This document shows, piece by piece, positions 49,855 to 58,920 of a DNA stretch of 64,000 nt; the first letter of the stretch is position 1, and every line of letters starts with the position of its first letter. The stretch covers positions 19,246-83,245 of the forward strand of contig JAKFCT010000052.1 in the NCBI GenBank assembly GCA_036676495.1, written 5' to 3'. Source of the stretch: Candidatus Sericytochromatia bacterium. GTDB lineage: Bacteria > Cyanobacteriota > Sericytochromatia > S15B-MN24 > UBA4093. Under the pieces are notes generated by a model. It ran no database searches. It was not told the origin of the DNA and saw nothing but the letters and a program-made list of their open reading frames with translations. The position numbers and the translations under genes were made by a program.

Positions 49855-50658
49855 ATGACCGCTGGTTATTTGGATGCGGCCGTCGCAGCCTTCAATCGCC
49901 GCGCCTTTTACGCCTGCCATGAGATCCTCGAGCAGCCCTGGACGTACGCGACTCCCGCCAGGAAGCCCTTCTACCAGGGCCTCATCCAGGTGGCATGCGC
50001 TTACCTCATGCTCGAGCGTGGGAAGCGCGGCCCCGCGATCCGCCTCTTCCGGCGCGCCCTGCCCAAACTGGCTCCCTGCCGGAATTTTGGCCCCTTGGCC
50101 GGGTTCATGCGCGCGGCCTCGGAGGCCCTGCCGGCGCTCGAGCTCGGGGAGGAACTCGGTGCCGTTCTTGAGCGGGCGCCACGCCTGCCGCCCGCCCTCG
50201 CTTCGCTTGAGGAGGCCATATGGCGCCTGTATAATGCAAGCGGAGGGACCCATATGCTGATTACTCGCCGCTTCCGCTTTTCGGCAGCACACCGGTACTA
50301 CGACGAGTCGCTCTCCCCCGAGGAGAATCAGCGTCTTTTCGGCAAGTGCGCCGGAGCCCATGGCCACGGCCATAACTACGTCCTCGACGTCACCGTCCGC
50401 GGGCCGATCGATCCGAAGACGGGCATGATCGTCAACCTCAAGGATCTCAAGGCCGCCGTCAACGACCTCGTCATCGAGCGATACGACTTCAAGCACCTGA
50501 ACTTCGACGTCGACGACTTCCAGGGAACCCAGCCCACCTGCGAGCAGATCGTCGTCACGGTCTGGAACTTGCTCGAGGGGCGAATTCCTGGTTGTGAGCT
50601 CGCGCGCTTGCGGCTCTACGAATCCGACGAGCTCTTCGCCGAATACGAGGGCCGCTGA
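49855..50658 (+). CDS. DUF309 domain in frame with 6-pyruvoyl-tetrahydropterin synthase (internal start at 50254)
   Basis: FN...FYACHEILE..W...FYQGLIQ (DUF309); FSAAH...CAGAHGHGHNY...GMIVNL...D.KHLN, TCE, LYES (PTPS). Confidence 0.85.
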   Translation: MTAGYLDAAVAAFNRRAFYACHEILEQPWTYATPARKPFYQGLIQVACAYLMLERGKRGPAIRLFRRALPKLAPCRNFGPLAGFMRAASEALPALELGEELGAVLERAPRLPPALASLEEAIWRLYNASGGTHMLITRRFRFSAAHRYYDESLSPEENQRLFGKCAGAHGHGHNYVLDVTVRGPIDPKTGMIVNLKDLKAAVNDLVIERYDFKHLNFDVDDFQGTQPTCEQIVVTVWNLLEGRIPGCELARLRLYESDELFAEYEGR

Positions 50659-50659
50659 C

Positions 50660-51109
50660 ATGGCCCGCGTACGCCTGGGCCGCGTCTACCATTTTTCGGC
50701 GGCTCACCGGCTTCACAGCCCTTACCTCTCGGCCGAGGAGAACACGGCCCTCTACCGGGATTGCAACAACCCCGGCGGCCACGGGCATAACTATGTCCTG
50801 GAAGTGCTGGTGGAAGGCGAGATGGATCCCAAGCTCGGGATGATCATGGACCTGGGCGAGCTGGATCGGCTGGTCCAGGAGCGCGTCCTGGATCGCCTGG
50901 ACCATCAGTTCATTGGCCGGATGGACTGGTCGGAGACGCCGGCGGAGGCCTTCATCTCGACCTCCGAGTCGGTCACCTACGTCATCTGGTCCTGGCTGGA
51001 AGGAGCGCTTCCTGCTCACGTTCGGCTTCACCACGTTCACCTCGAGGAGACGCGCTCCAACTTCTTCGACTATCAGGGGGAAGATCACCCCGGGAGGGCC
51101 ACGGCATGA
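50660..51109 (+). CDS. 6-pyruvoyl-tetrahydropterin synthase, second copy
   Basis: FSAAHRLHSP.LS.EEN...CNNPGGHGHNY, GMIMDL, LDH, STSE, EET. Confidence 0.88.
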   Translation: MARVRLGRVYHFSAAHRLHSPYLSAEENTALYRDCNNPGGHGHNYVLEVLVEGEMDPKLGMIMDLGELDRLVQERVLDRLDHQFIGRMDWSETPAEAFISTSESVTYVIWSWLEGALPAHVRLHHVHLEETRSNFFDYQGEDHPGRATA

Positions 51110-51798
51110 GGGTCGCCATCGTCACGGGAGCCAGTCGGGGGATCGGCAGCGCCATCGCGCGCGTGCTGGCCGCCAAGGGCTGGAAACTCGTCCTCGCGGC
51201 TCGGAACGCGCAGGACCTGGAGGCGCTGGCGGGCGAGTTGCCGGAGGCGATCGCCCTCCCCACGGACGTCACGCGCCCCGACGAGGTGCAGCGCCTCGTC
51301 GACGCGGCTCAGAAGCGCTGGGGCCGCGTCGATGCCCTCGTCAACAACGCGGGCATGACGCATGTTTCCCGCTTCGAGGAGATCAGTCCCGAGGTCTTCG
51401 ACCAGCTGATGGCCGTCAACGTGAAGGGCCCCTTCCTCTGCACCCGGGCGGTGCTTCCGCTGATGCGCGCGCAGGGCTCGGGCGAGATTCTCAACGTGGT
51501 CTCCGTGGCCGCCAAGCGCGTCTTCCCGGAGTGGAGCGTCTACTGCGCCTCCAAGTTCGCGCTCGACGGCATGGGCAAGGCGCTCGCCGAGGAGCTCAAG
51601 GGGACGGGCATCCGCGTGGGAGCGCTCTACCCGGGGGCCACCGACTCTCCCCTTTGGGACGTCGTCGGACCGGATATCCCGCGGGGAGGCATGATGCGGC
51701 CCGAAGCCGTCGCGGAAGCGGTGGCCTTCATGCTGGACCAACCCGCCTCCGCCCGCATCTCCGAGCTCGTGCTGGATCCCGCCGCCGGAGACATCTAG
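51106..51798 (+). CDS. SDR oxidoreductase
   Basis: TGASRGIG, NNAG, YCASK; ATGA overlap with PTPS. Confidence 0.92.
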   Translation: MRVAIVTGASRGIGSAIARVLAAKGWKLVLAARNAQDLEALAGELPEAIALPTDVTRPDEVQRLVDAAQKRWGRVDALVNNAGMTHVSRFEEISPEVFDQLMAVNVKGPFLCTRAVLPLMRAQGSGEILNVVSVAAKRVFPEWSVYCASKFALDGMGKALAEELKGTGIRVGALYPGATDSPLWDVVGPDIPRGGMMRPEAVAEAVAFMLDQPASARISELVLDPAAGDI

Positions 51799-51894
51799 CC
51801 CTCAAGATGGCGTTGACGCCCCCTTTCTCCGCGCTATGCTCTGCCGTGACGGGATGCGACGCCCGCACGGATGGGCTTCGCGGGGGAGGGCCGC

Positions 51895-52083
51895 ATGGCA
51901 CAAGAGCCGGAACGGAATCGCGAGGAGCTCCAGCCGGAAGCTCCGCATGCCCCGCCGGGACCGATGACCGGAGATATTCCCGAGGAGTGGCGTGCGGGTC
52001 GCTTCGTCACCTTGACGGTGGGGGGCGACGTCGACATGGCCGAAACACACCCCACCGCGGCGAATCCCGAGGCGAGAGGCTAA
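51895..52083 (+). CDS. Small acidic hypothetical protein (62 aa)
   Basis: GGGGAGG RBS; upstream TTGACG-N16-TATGCT at 51813-51840. Confidence 0.5.
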   Translation: MAQEPERNREELQPEAPHAPPGPMTGDIPEEWRAGRFVTLTVGGDVDMAETHPTAANPEARG

Positions 52084-52085
52084 CT

Positions 52086-53294
52086 TCAGGGAGCCGGCTT
52101 CGGAGTCGGCAGCCACTCCCGGCTGGGAGCGGGTTGCTCGCTGCCTTCGCCGGAGCGCAGCAGCGCGTGACGGGTCAGCAAGGGCCCCACCGTCTCGAAG
52201 ATCACGATGGCTCCCAGGGTGATCGGGATGATCGGTCCGGCCACGTCGGGGAACTTGGCCTCGACCATGGCGGCGAGCCCGATGGCCATGCTCGCCTGGG
52301 GGACCAGACCGTAGCCCATGTAGCGAACGCTGACGGGGCCGGCTCCTGCCGCCCATGCGCCGAGGCTGCCTCCGGCAACCTTGCCGATCAGGCGGCCACC
52401 CACGTACGCCAACCCCAACCACCCGAGAGCTCCCAGCTCCGCCAGGTGCAGGCTCGCCCCGGAGAGGGTGAAGAACATCACCAGGAGCGGGGCTTCCATC
52501 GCCCGTCCCTGGTCGAAGACCTGCCCCTTGAAGGGATGGGTGTTCGCGACGACCGCTCCGAAGGTCAGCATGCTCAGCAGCACCGAGAGGTGGGCGGCTT
52601 CCGAGATGCCGGCTCCCAGCATGACGAGGCCCAGGGTGGGGATCTTCGATGAATCCCTTCCGAAGCGGCTCAGTGACCACGCGCGAAGGCCGAAGCCGAG
52701 CGCGAGCCCGAGGGCCATGGAACCGCCGATCTCCAGCGCGGGGCCCTGCATGAGGGTCATCGGGTCGGCCCCACCGCTGCGGAGGACGGTGACCACGGTC
52801 ATCAGGGCGCTGAAGAGCACGATCTCGACGAGCCCGTTGAGCGCGACCACGGCGAGCAGCGTCTTGACCAGCTCTCCCTTGCCGCGCAGCTCGCGGATGA
52901 CCGAGACGGTCGCCGCGGGATCGGTGGTGCCGGCGATGGCGCCCAGCAGCAGCGCCACCTCGATGCTGGCCCCGCAGAGCCTTGCGAGGACCGTAACGAC
53001 GGCCAGCGTGACGATGGATTGAATCACCGTCAGGGTGAGGAAGCGCTTTCCCAGCTTTTGGAGCTCGCTGAGCCGGAACTCCTCGCCGAGCAGGAAGAAG
53101 ATGGTCGCGAGGCAGAAGGCGCCGAGCGGTTTGAGGGCGGCGATGGCGTCACCGCCCACGACATGCAGCATGGAGGGGCCGATCACGACCCCGGCGAGCA
53201 GGTAGCCCGTGACGGCAGGAAGACCGACGCGCTTGAGCAGGCGCGAGCCGAAGAACCCGATGAGGATGAGCAGCCCGAGGGAAAGCAGAATCAC
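52086..53294 (-). CDS. Cation:proton antiporter
   Basis: LPAVTGYLLAGVVIGP, TDPAAT, FFTLSG, GRLIGK, LVPQA, IFETVGP. Confidence 0.92.
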   Translation of the reverse strand: MILLSLGLLILIGFFGSRLLKRVGLPAVTGYLLAGVVIGPSMLHVVGGDAIAALKPLGAFCLATIFFLLGEEFRLSELQKLGKRFLTLTVIQSIVTLAVVTVLARLCGASIEVALLLGAIAGTTDPAATVSVIRELRGKGELVKTLLAVVALNGLVEIVLFSALMTVVTVLRSGGADPMTLMQGPALEIGGSMALGLALGFGLRAWSLSRFGRDSSKIPTLGLVMLGAGISEAAHLSVLLSMLTFGAVVANTHPFKGQVFDQGRAMEAPLLVMFFTLSGASLHLAELGALGWLGLAYVGGRLIGKVAGGSLGAWAAGAGPVSVRYMGYGLVPQASMAIGLAAMVEAKFPDVAGPIIPITLGAIVIFETVGPLLTRHALLRSGEGSEQPAPSREWLPTPKPAP

Positions 53295-53656
53295 AGGCGC
53301 TCTCCCCTCGTGGCAGTGGGCTTGTCACCCTGGTAGCAGCGATACGTGCCGACCTTCCAGCTACAGAGCATGCCGCTGTAGGGGGCCGAGAACCCGCCGA
53401 GGACGCGGTCGGCAGCTGAGATGACGGCCTCGGCGACGTCCTCCGGGACGACGGTCAGGATGGTCTTGCCGGTTTCGTGATCCGTGCCTTCCATGCCCCA
53501 GTGGCGGGCCATGGCCGGGTGCATGCCGAGCCAGCCGAGTAACTGCATGCCTTGGCTGTCGTAGACCGTGGCGCCGGGAGCCCCTGCGTCCGTGATGGCT
53601 TCCATGAGGTCGGTAAGACGGTCGGAAGAGGGAAGAGTAATGAGAATGGCTTCCAA
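53291..53656 (-). CDS. PII-like protein coupled to antiporter
   Basis: TTG start after AAAGGAGA; G.PGATVYDSQGM, KTILTVV, PYSGMLC; 4-nt overlap with antiporter. Confidence 0.7.
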   Translation of the reverse strand: MEAILITLPSSDRLTDLMEAITDAGAPGATVYDSQGMQLLGWLGMHPAMARHWGMEGTDHETGKTILTVVPEDVAEAVISAADRVLGGFSAPYSGMLCSWKVGTYRCYQGDKPTATRGERL

Positions 53657-53785
53657 GGAGGTCTCCTTTCCAGACGGAGGCGGTCGCCTCGAGAGTCCTC
53701 CCAGTTTAGGCAAGCGGAGTTACCCCGGCTTAACGAGGGGAAAAAGCGGGGATGAACTAACCCTTAGCTGCTTTTAGCAGGTTGA

Positions 53786-55306
53786 TTACGCGAAGAAGCG
53801 CATGGATTCGGCGAGCAGGTAGCGGGCGGTGCGGTCGCCCAGGGCCGCGATGGTGATCTGGGGGTTGACGCCCAGCGAGGACGGGAAGAGGCTGCCGTCG
53901 CAGACGAAGAGGTTCTCCAGGCCGTGCAGGCGTCCCCAGGAGTCGGTGGCGGCGTGATCCGGGTCGGCCCCCATGGCGGCGGTGCCCATCTGGTGGGCGG
54001 AGAAGACGGCCATGCGGTTCGGGACGATGGGCATGCGCTCCAGGTGCGCCAGGTCGGCCTCGCTGCGAATGACGAAGCCGTCGGAATGCGGTACCAGGAC
54101 CTCGCGCGCTCCTGCGGCCAGGTAGATCCGGGCCAGCGCGTCGAGGCCCTTGCGGAACTTCTCCTGGTCCTTGGCGTTGACCCAGTAATCGATCTCGGGA
54201 AGGCCCCATTTATCCACGCCGACCTGCCCGCGGCCGTCGTCGTGAAGCAGGACGATGGCGGCGGCCATCTTGTCGTACTGGGCCATGCTCTCGACGGCGC
54301 GGTTTCCCCAGCGAAAGAGGTTGGAGCCCATCAGGCCGGGGTAGGCGAAGATGGACTCGATCAGGATGCCGTCGGGTTCGAGGTCCGAGACGTAGGTGGT
54401 GAAGTGAATCCCCTGGTAGGCCTTCACGTCGTGGTCGAAGAGGCCGACCGCGGCGGTGGTGGGGTGCACGGTGAGGTTGCGGCCGACGTGCGCGTTGCCG
54501 AGGCCGTTCTGCTTGAGCAGGACCGGGGTGCTGACGGCACCGCCCGAGACGCTGAAGACCTTGGCGCGGACGCTCACCTGGTACTGGGCGCCGGTCTCGG
54601 GATTCGTGAGGATGCCGCGGACGGCCGTGATGCGATCGCCCTCTCGCTCGAATTCCGTGGCTTCCGCGTTGGGAAGAAGCCGCGCTCCGAAGTGGAGGGC
54701 GCGCGGGACGTAGGTGACCAGCATGCTCTGCTTGCGATCGTACGCGCAGCCGAGGATGCAAAACCCCGAACTGAGACATTGCGTGCGGTTATGCTCGAAG
54801 ATGCCGCCCGTCATGCCGAGCTTTCGGGCGCCTTCCAGCAGCAGCCTGCCGTTCTCGTTGACGGCCTCGGGGGGGATGGGCTGGACGTTGAGGATCCGGC
54901 GGACCTTTCTGAGGCTGGGCTGAAGATCCTCCAGGCGGATCCGGTCGATGCCGTGCCGGGTCGCCCAGTCCTCGAGCACCGCTGCCGGAGGGTCGAAGCA
55001 GATGGCCCAGTTGACGGTGGTGCTGCCTCCGACCGAGGTGCCATGCAGGACGGAGATGCCGCCGTCCTTGGTGGTGCGAGCTCCTCCTTCCTCGAAGAGC
55101 AGGGGCATCATGTCCCGCTCCTGCTGGTTGAAGGCCTTGCGGGTGTGGTAGCCGCCCTTTTCAAGCATGACGACGGAAAGGCCGGCTTCGGCGAGCTCGC
55201 TGGCGAGCACCGCGCCGCCGGCCCCGGTTCCGATGACGCAGACGTCCGCAACGAGGTCCTGGTCGCGATCGTAGGCCGAATCGACCTGGGGCATCCAGTC
55301 CGTCAT
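53786..55306 (-). CDS. GMC family oxidoreductase
   Basis: VIGTGAGG, VGGSTTVN, C...G.C.LGC, GRNLTVHP, SAHQMGT, GVNPQITI. Confidence 0.92.
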   Translation of the reverse strand: MTDWMPQVDSAYDRDQDLVADVCVIGTGAGGAVLASELAEAGLSVVMLEKGGYHTRKAFNQQERDMMPLLFEEGGARTTKDGGISVLHGTSVGGSTTVNWAICFDPPAAVLEDWATRHGIDRIRLEDLQPSLRKVRRILNVQPIPPEAVNENGRLLLEGARKLGMTGGIFEHNRTQCLSSGFCILGCAYDRKQSMLVTYVPRALHFGARLLPNAEATEFEREGDRITAVRGILTNPETGAQYQVSVRAKVFSVSGGAVSTPVLLKQNGLGNAHVGRNLTVHPTTAAVGLFDHDVKAYQGIHFTTYVSDLEPDGILIESIFAYPGLMGSNLFRWGNRAVESMAQYDKMAAAIVLLHDDGRGQVGVDKWGLPEIDYWVNAKDQEKFRKGLDALARIYLAAGAREVLVPHSDGFVIRSEADLAHLERMPIVPNRMAVFSAHQMGTAAMGADPDHAATDSWGRLHGLENLFVCDGSLFPSSLGVNPQITIAALGDRTARYLLAESMRFFA

Positions 55307-55902
55307 CCGGGGATCCTCTCGAAGACATGGGGATTGGGGTTGGCGGGCATGTCGCCCTGGTTGTCCAGGCCTTGCCCGAAGTTATACCGGCCGATCCAGG
55401 GTCCGGGGTACCGGATCTGGGGCCAGGAGTCGGGGTCCATGTAGAAGAGCATGGCGGAGATCTTGGAAAGCGCGATGAAGCCCTGGCGCTGGAGGCCCAG
55501 GGGGCTGCGTTCCCAGGACGTGAGGTAGGCGTCCTGCTCGGGGCCGTCCATGGCGGTGAAGGGCTGAAAGCGCAGGTTCAGCCAGGCGAGGTCTTCCAGG
55601 GAGTTGAGGAGTTGCTTGAGGTCGCTGCGCAGGCGCGGGGAGGCGGTCGCGAAGAGCCGGTCGACGGCGGAGGCGACTTGCAGGTCGGAGGCTCCGACCT
55701 TGCCGGGCAAGCGTGGGATGAGGCGGTTCGAGGCCGCGTCGAGGATGGCCCACTCCTTGGGGGTGAGGAAGTGGAGCGCGCGATCCGGGTAACGAACCGG
55801 AGCGCAACCGCTCAAGGGGACGGATCCCGCGAGCCAGCCGGCAGTCAAGCCGAGCGCGCTCTGGAGAAAGCGGCGCCGGCTGAGGCGGGACGCCTCGCTC
55901 AC
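55303..55902 (-). CDS. Tat-exported gluconate 2-dehydrogenase subunit-3-like partner
   Basis: SRRRFLQ twin-arginine signal, LSGC, FLT..E..ILDA...RLIP, FY..P..W..I.YPGP. Confidence 0.8.
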   Translation of the reverse strand: MSEASRLSRRRFLQSALGLTAGWLAGSVPLSGCAPVRYPDRALHFLTPKEWAILDAASNRLIPRLPGKVGASDLQVASAVDRLFATASPRLRSDLKQLLNSLEDLAWLNLRFQPFTAMDGPEQDAYLTSWERSPLGLQRQGFIALSKISAMLFYMDPDSWPQIRYPGPWIGRYNFGQGLDNQGDMPANPNPHVFERIPG

Positions 55903-56057
55903 GACTGGGGCTGGGCCTCGGCGGCAGCCGCCGCGGCTTCACGGGCGAGCCGCTGGGCCTTCTTGGTCCGGATCATCGCGACCAAGGTGAAGATGATGAG
56001 CCCCCAGCCGACCAGGGAACTGACAATGGCGACAAGGGGAAGCCAGGACGGGATCAT
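55899..56057 (-). CDS. Small single-TM protein (52 aa), not in ORF track
   Basis: TAAGGAG RBS; MIPSWLPLVAIVSSLVGWGLIIFTLVAMIRTKKAQRLAREAAAAAEAQPQS; GTGA overlap with next gene. Confidence 0.7.
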   Translation of the reverse strand: MIPSWLPLVAIVSSLVGWGLIIFTLVAMIRTKKAQRLAREAAAAAAEAQPQS

Positions 56058-56129
56058 CGGAAGCTCCTTACTGAGAAAGTCCCCTCACCCGAGGGGACCT
56101 ACCCATTATAGGCGCTAAGCGCGCTCTCG

Positions 56130-56162
56130 AAAAGGAAAGAGGGAGGCCGCGGCCTCCCTCTC
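56130..56162 (-). terminator. Intrinsic terminator after icd
   Basis: AGAGGGAGGCCGCGGCCTCCCTCT palindrome followed on minus strand by TTCCTTTT. Confidence 0.7.
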
Positions 56163-56168
56163 GAGGGG

Positions 56169-57266
56169 TTACGCCCGGGCGGGAATCCGCTGGAGCTTCT
56201 CGATGATCGCGTCGGCGAACTCGGAGGTCGAGAGCGCCTTGTCGACGTTGTTGGTGATGAGGTCGGGGGTGACCTTCTTCTCGCGGAGGCACTCGACGAT
56301 GGCCTGCTCCATGCGGCGGGCTGCGTCGGTCTCGCCGAGGTCCTTGAGCATCATGATGGCGGAGAGCATCTGGGCCATGGGGTTGGCCTGGTTGGTGCCC
56401 GCGAACTTGGGAGCCGAGCCATGCGTGGGTTCGTAGACGGTGGCGATGCTGCCGATGTTGGCGCCAGGAGCCACGCCCAGGCCGCCGATCAGGCCCGCGC
56501 CGACGTCCGAGAGGATGTCGCCGTAGAGGTTCTCGGTCACGATGACGTCGAAGGACTCGGGACGGATGACCAGCTGCATGCAGGTGGCGTCGACGATCAG
56601 GTCCTCCAGCTCGATCTGGGGGAAGTCCTTGGCGACCCGGCGGCCCACCTCGAGGAAGATGCCGTCGGTGTACTTCATGATGTTGGCCTTGTGGACCACC
56701 GTCACCTTCTTGCGGTTGTTGGCCACGGCGTATTCGAAGGCGGCGCGGATGATCCGCTCGGAGCCCGACTCGGAGATGGGCTTCAGGGTGATCGCCGACC
56801 CTTCCTTGATGGTCTTGCCGGTCGTGCGCTCGACCAGGGCGCGGATTTCCTTGACGCCCTCGGACTCCTGCTCGAACTCGAGGCCCGCGTAGGTGTCCTC
56901 GGTGTTCTCGCGGAAGATCACGAAGTCCACCTTGTCGAAGCGTGACGGGATGCCGGGATACAGCTTGCAGGGACGGACGCAGGCGTAGAGATCAAGCTCC
57001 TGGCGCATCGCGACGTTGACCGAGCGGAAGCCGGTTCCGATGGGCGTGGTCAGGGGGCCCTTCAGGGCGATCTTGTTCTTCTTGATCGAGTCGATCACCG
57101 CCTGCGGCAGGGGGGTCGTGTCACCGGTCCGCGCCATGTAGTCGGCGCCAGCGTCGAAACGCTCCCAATCGAAGGCGACTCCGGTCGCTTCGAGGACGCG
57201 AACGGTCGCTTCGGTGATCTCGGGACCAATGCCGTCTCCGGGAATCAGGGTCACGCGGTAGGCCAT
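56169..57266 (-). CDS. icd: Isocitrate/isopropylmalate dehydrogenase family, likely isocitrate dehydrogenase
   Basis: IPGDGIGPEI, KGPLTTPIGTGFRSVNV, FRENTED, HKANIMK, NLYGDILSD, EPTHGSAPK. Confidence 0.88.
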   Translation of the reverse strand: MAYRVTLIPGDGIGPEITEATVRVLEATGVAFDWERFDAGADYMARTGDTTPLPQAVIDSIKKNKIALKGPLTTPIGTGFRSVNVAMRQELDLYACVRPCKLYPGIPSRFDKVDFVIFRENTEDTYAGLEFEQESEGVKEIRALVERTTGKTIKEGSAITLKPISESGSERIIRAAFEYAVANNRKKVTVVHKANIMKYTDGIFLEVGRRVAKDFPQIELEDLIVDATCMQLVIRPESFDVIVTENLYGDILSDVGAGLIGGLGVAPGANIGSIATVYEPTHGSAPKFAGTNQANPMAQMLSAIMMLKDLGETDAARRMEQAIVECLREKKVTPDLITNNVDKALSTSEFADAIIEKLQRIPARA

Positions 57267-57400
57267 GAAGAAAGTTCCTCCGTTTTACTTGGCCGAGCAA
57301 ATGCCCGGTTGCTTCTCATGAGAAAATGATGCCACGCCCCTAGGGGCTTGTCGAGGTTTCTTAGCGAAGTTTTAACCTCGCGCGATCCCGGAGGAATGGC

Positions 57401-58333
57401 ATGACGACCCGTTTGCAGCGTGCCCAGGGCCCTGAAAGCCTGTCGCTATCGGATGATCAGCTCGAAGTCACGATCCTGCCTGCGCATGGCGGCAAGCTGC
57501 TCAGCCTGGTCGATCGCCGGACGGGCCGAGACTGGCTGTGGAAAAACCCTTACCTGGAACACAAGCCCCCGCAGCCCGACGCGTCCTTCGTGCGCGACCA
57601 CGACACGGGAGGCTTCGACGAGTGCTTTCCAGCCGTGAGCGAGGGGCCCTATCCGGCTGCCCCGTGGCAGGATCGACGCATCCCGGATCATGGCGAGCTC
57701 TGGGCGGTCCCCTGGGACGTCGCGCCGGCGGAGGACGGCTGGACCATGGTCGCCCGGACGACGCGCTTCCCGATGCGCTTCGAGCGCCGGGTCAGCCTCA
57801 GGGAAGGGGTTCTGCGCCTCGATTACCGGGCGTTCAATCCGACGGAGCACCCGTTTCCGTTCATCTGGAGCGCGCACCCCTTGTTCGCCCTGGAGGAAGG
57901 GATGCGGCTTGCGCTGCCCGACGCGCATCCCCTGGAGGTCTTCGGGTCGGATCGGCTGGGCGATCGCCACACCCGCCTTCGCTGGCCACATGCTGCGGGC
58001 CTCGACCTGTCGCGGGTCTCCCGGACGGGCTGGTCGGCCAAGCTCGCGGGCCCTTCCCCCGCGCGCGGCTGGGTGGGTCTCAGGCATCAACACCGCATGC
58101 TGCGCCTTTCCTACGACCCGGCGCAGGTCACGGATCTCGGCCTCTGGCTGAACATGGGCGGCTGGTGCCCGATCCCAGGCAAGGAGCCTTACTTCAACCT
58201 GGGCCTCGAGCCCTGCATCGGCTGGGGGGACGATCTGGCCTATGCCGTGACGCATGGCTTGAGCCATGGCGTCTTGCCGCCCCACGGGGAGCGCCGCTGG
58301 TACCTGGAGCTGCGTTTCACCGACGCACGCTGA
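57401..58333 (+). CDS. Aldose 1-epimerase / galactose mutarotase-like protein
   Basis: GGKLLSL, GGFDECFP, DHGELW, WSAHP, LGLEP. Confidence 0.85.
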   Translation: MTTRLQRAQGPESLSLSDDQLEVTILPAHGGKLLSLVDRRTGRDWLWKNPYLEHKPPQPDASFVRDHDTGGFDECFPAVSEGPYPAAPWQDRRIPDHGELWAVPWDVAPAEDGWTMVARTTRFPMRFERRVSLREGVLRLDYRAFNPTEHPFPFIWSAHPLFALEEGMRLALPDAHPLEVFGSDRLGDRHTRLRWPHAAGLDLSRVSRTGWSAKLAGPSPARGWVGLRHQHRMLRLSYDPAQVTDLGLWLNMGGWCPIPGKEPYFNLGLEPCIGWGDDLAYAVTHGLSHGVLPPHGERRWYLELRFTDAR

Positions 58334-58416
58334 CCTGGAATCGCCGCAGAGAGCGCCGGGCCGGGGGAGATGGTAAGATCGTCAACAGCCGGTCACCCCG
58401 TCATTCGATCTAAAGG

Positions 58417-58920
58417 ATGTCAGCCATGATCAAGGTTCTGTTCGTTTGCCTCGGGAATATCTGTCGTTCTCCCCTGGGCGAGGGGATCTTTCGTCACCTG
58501 GTGGCGGAGCGCGGGCTCGAGGATCGCTTTCTGATCGATTCGGCCGGGACCGGCAACTGGCACATCGGCTCGCCGCCGCATGCCGATTCCCAGCGGGTGG
58601 CCCGCGAGCGCGGCATGGACATCTCCGATCAGCGCGCCCGCCAGCTCACCCCGCTCGATCTGCGCGAGTTCGACTACCTGATCGCTATGGACACGTCCAA
58701 CAAGGAAGGGATCCTGGCGCTGGATCCGAACGCGCGCTTTGCCGACAAGGTGAAGCTCATGCTCGAGTATCACCCGACATGTGGGTTCAAAGACGTTCCG
58801 GACCCCTATTTCGGGGGTCCGGAAGGGTTCTATCCAGTTTTGGACTTGATCGAGGAGGCGGCTCGCAACCTCCTGGACGAGATTCTCAGCGAGCGGGGAC
58901 TGCAAGCGCCGGGGCGCTGA
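58417..58920 (+). CDS. Low-molecular-weight protein tyrosine phosphatase
   Basis: [22 protein letters not shown]. Confidence 0.95.
   Translation: MSAMIKVLFVCLGNICRSPLGEGIFRHLVAERGLEDRFLIDSAGTGNWHIGSPPHADSQRVARERGMDISDQRARQLTPLDLREFDYLIAMDTSNKEGILALDPNARFADKVKLMLEYHPTCGFKDVPDPYFGGPEGFYPVLDLIEEAARNLLDEILSERGLQAPGR

Noticed and set aside
58886-58920. 35-nt convergent overlap of the LMW-PTP gene and nadA
   Set aside because: Short tail-to-tail overlaps are common in GC-rich genomes; both proteins look intact
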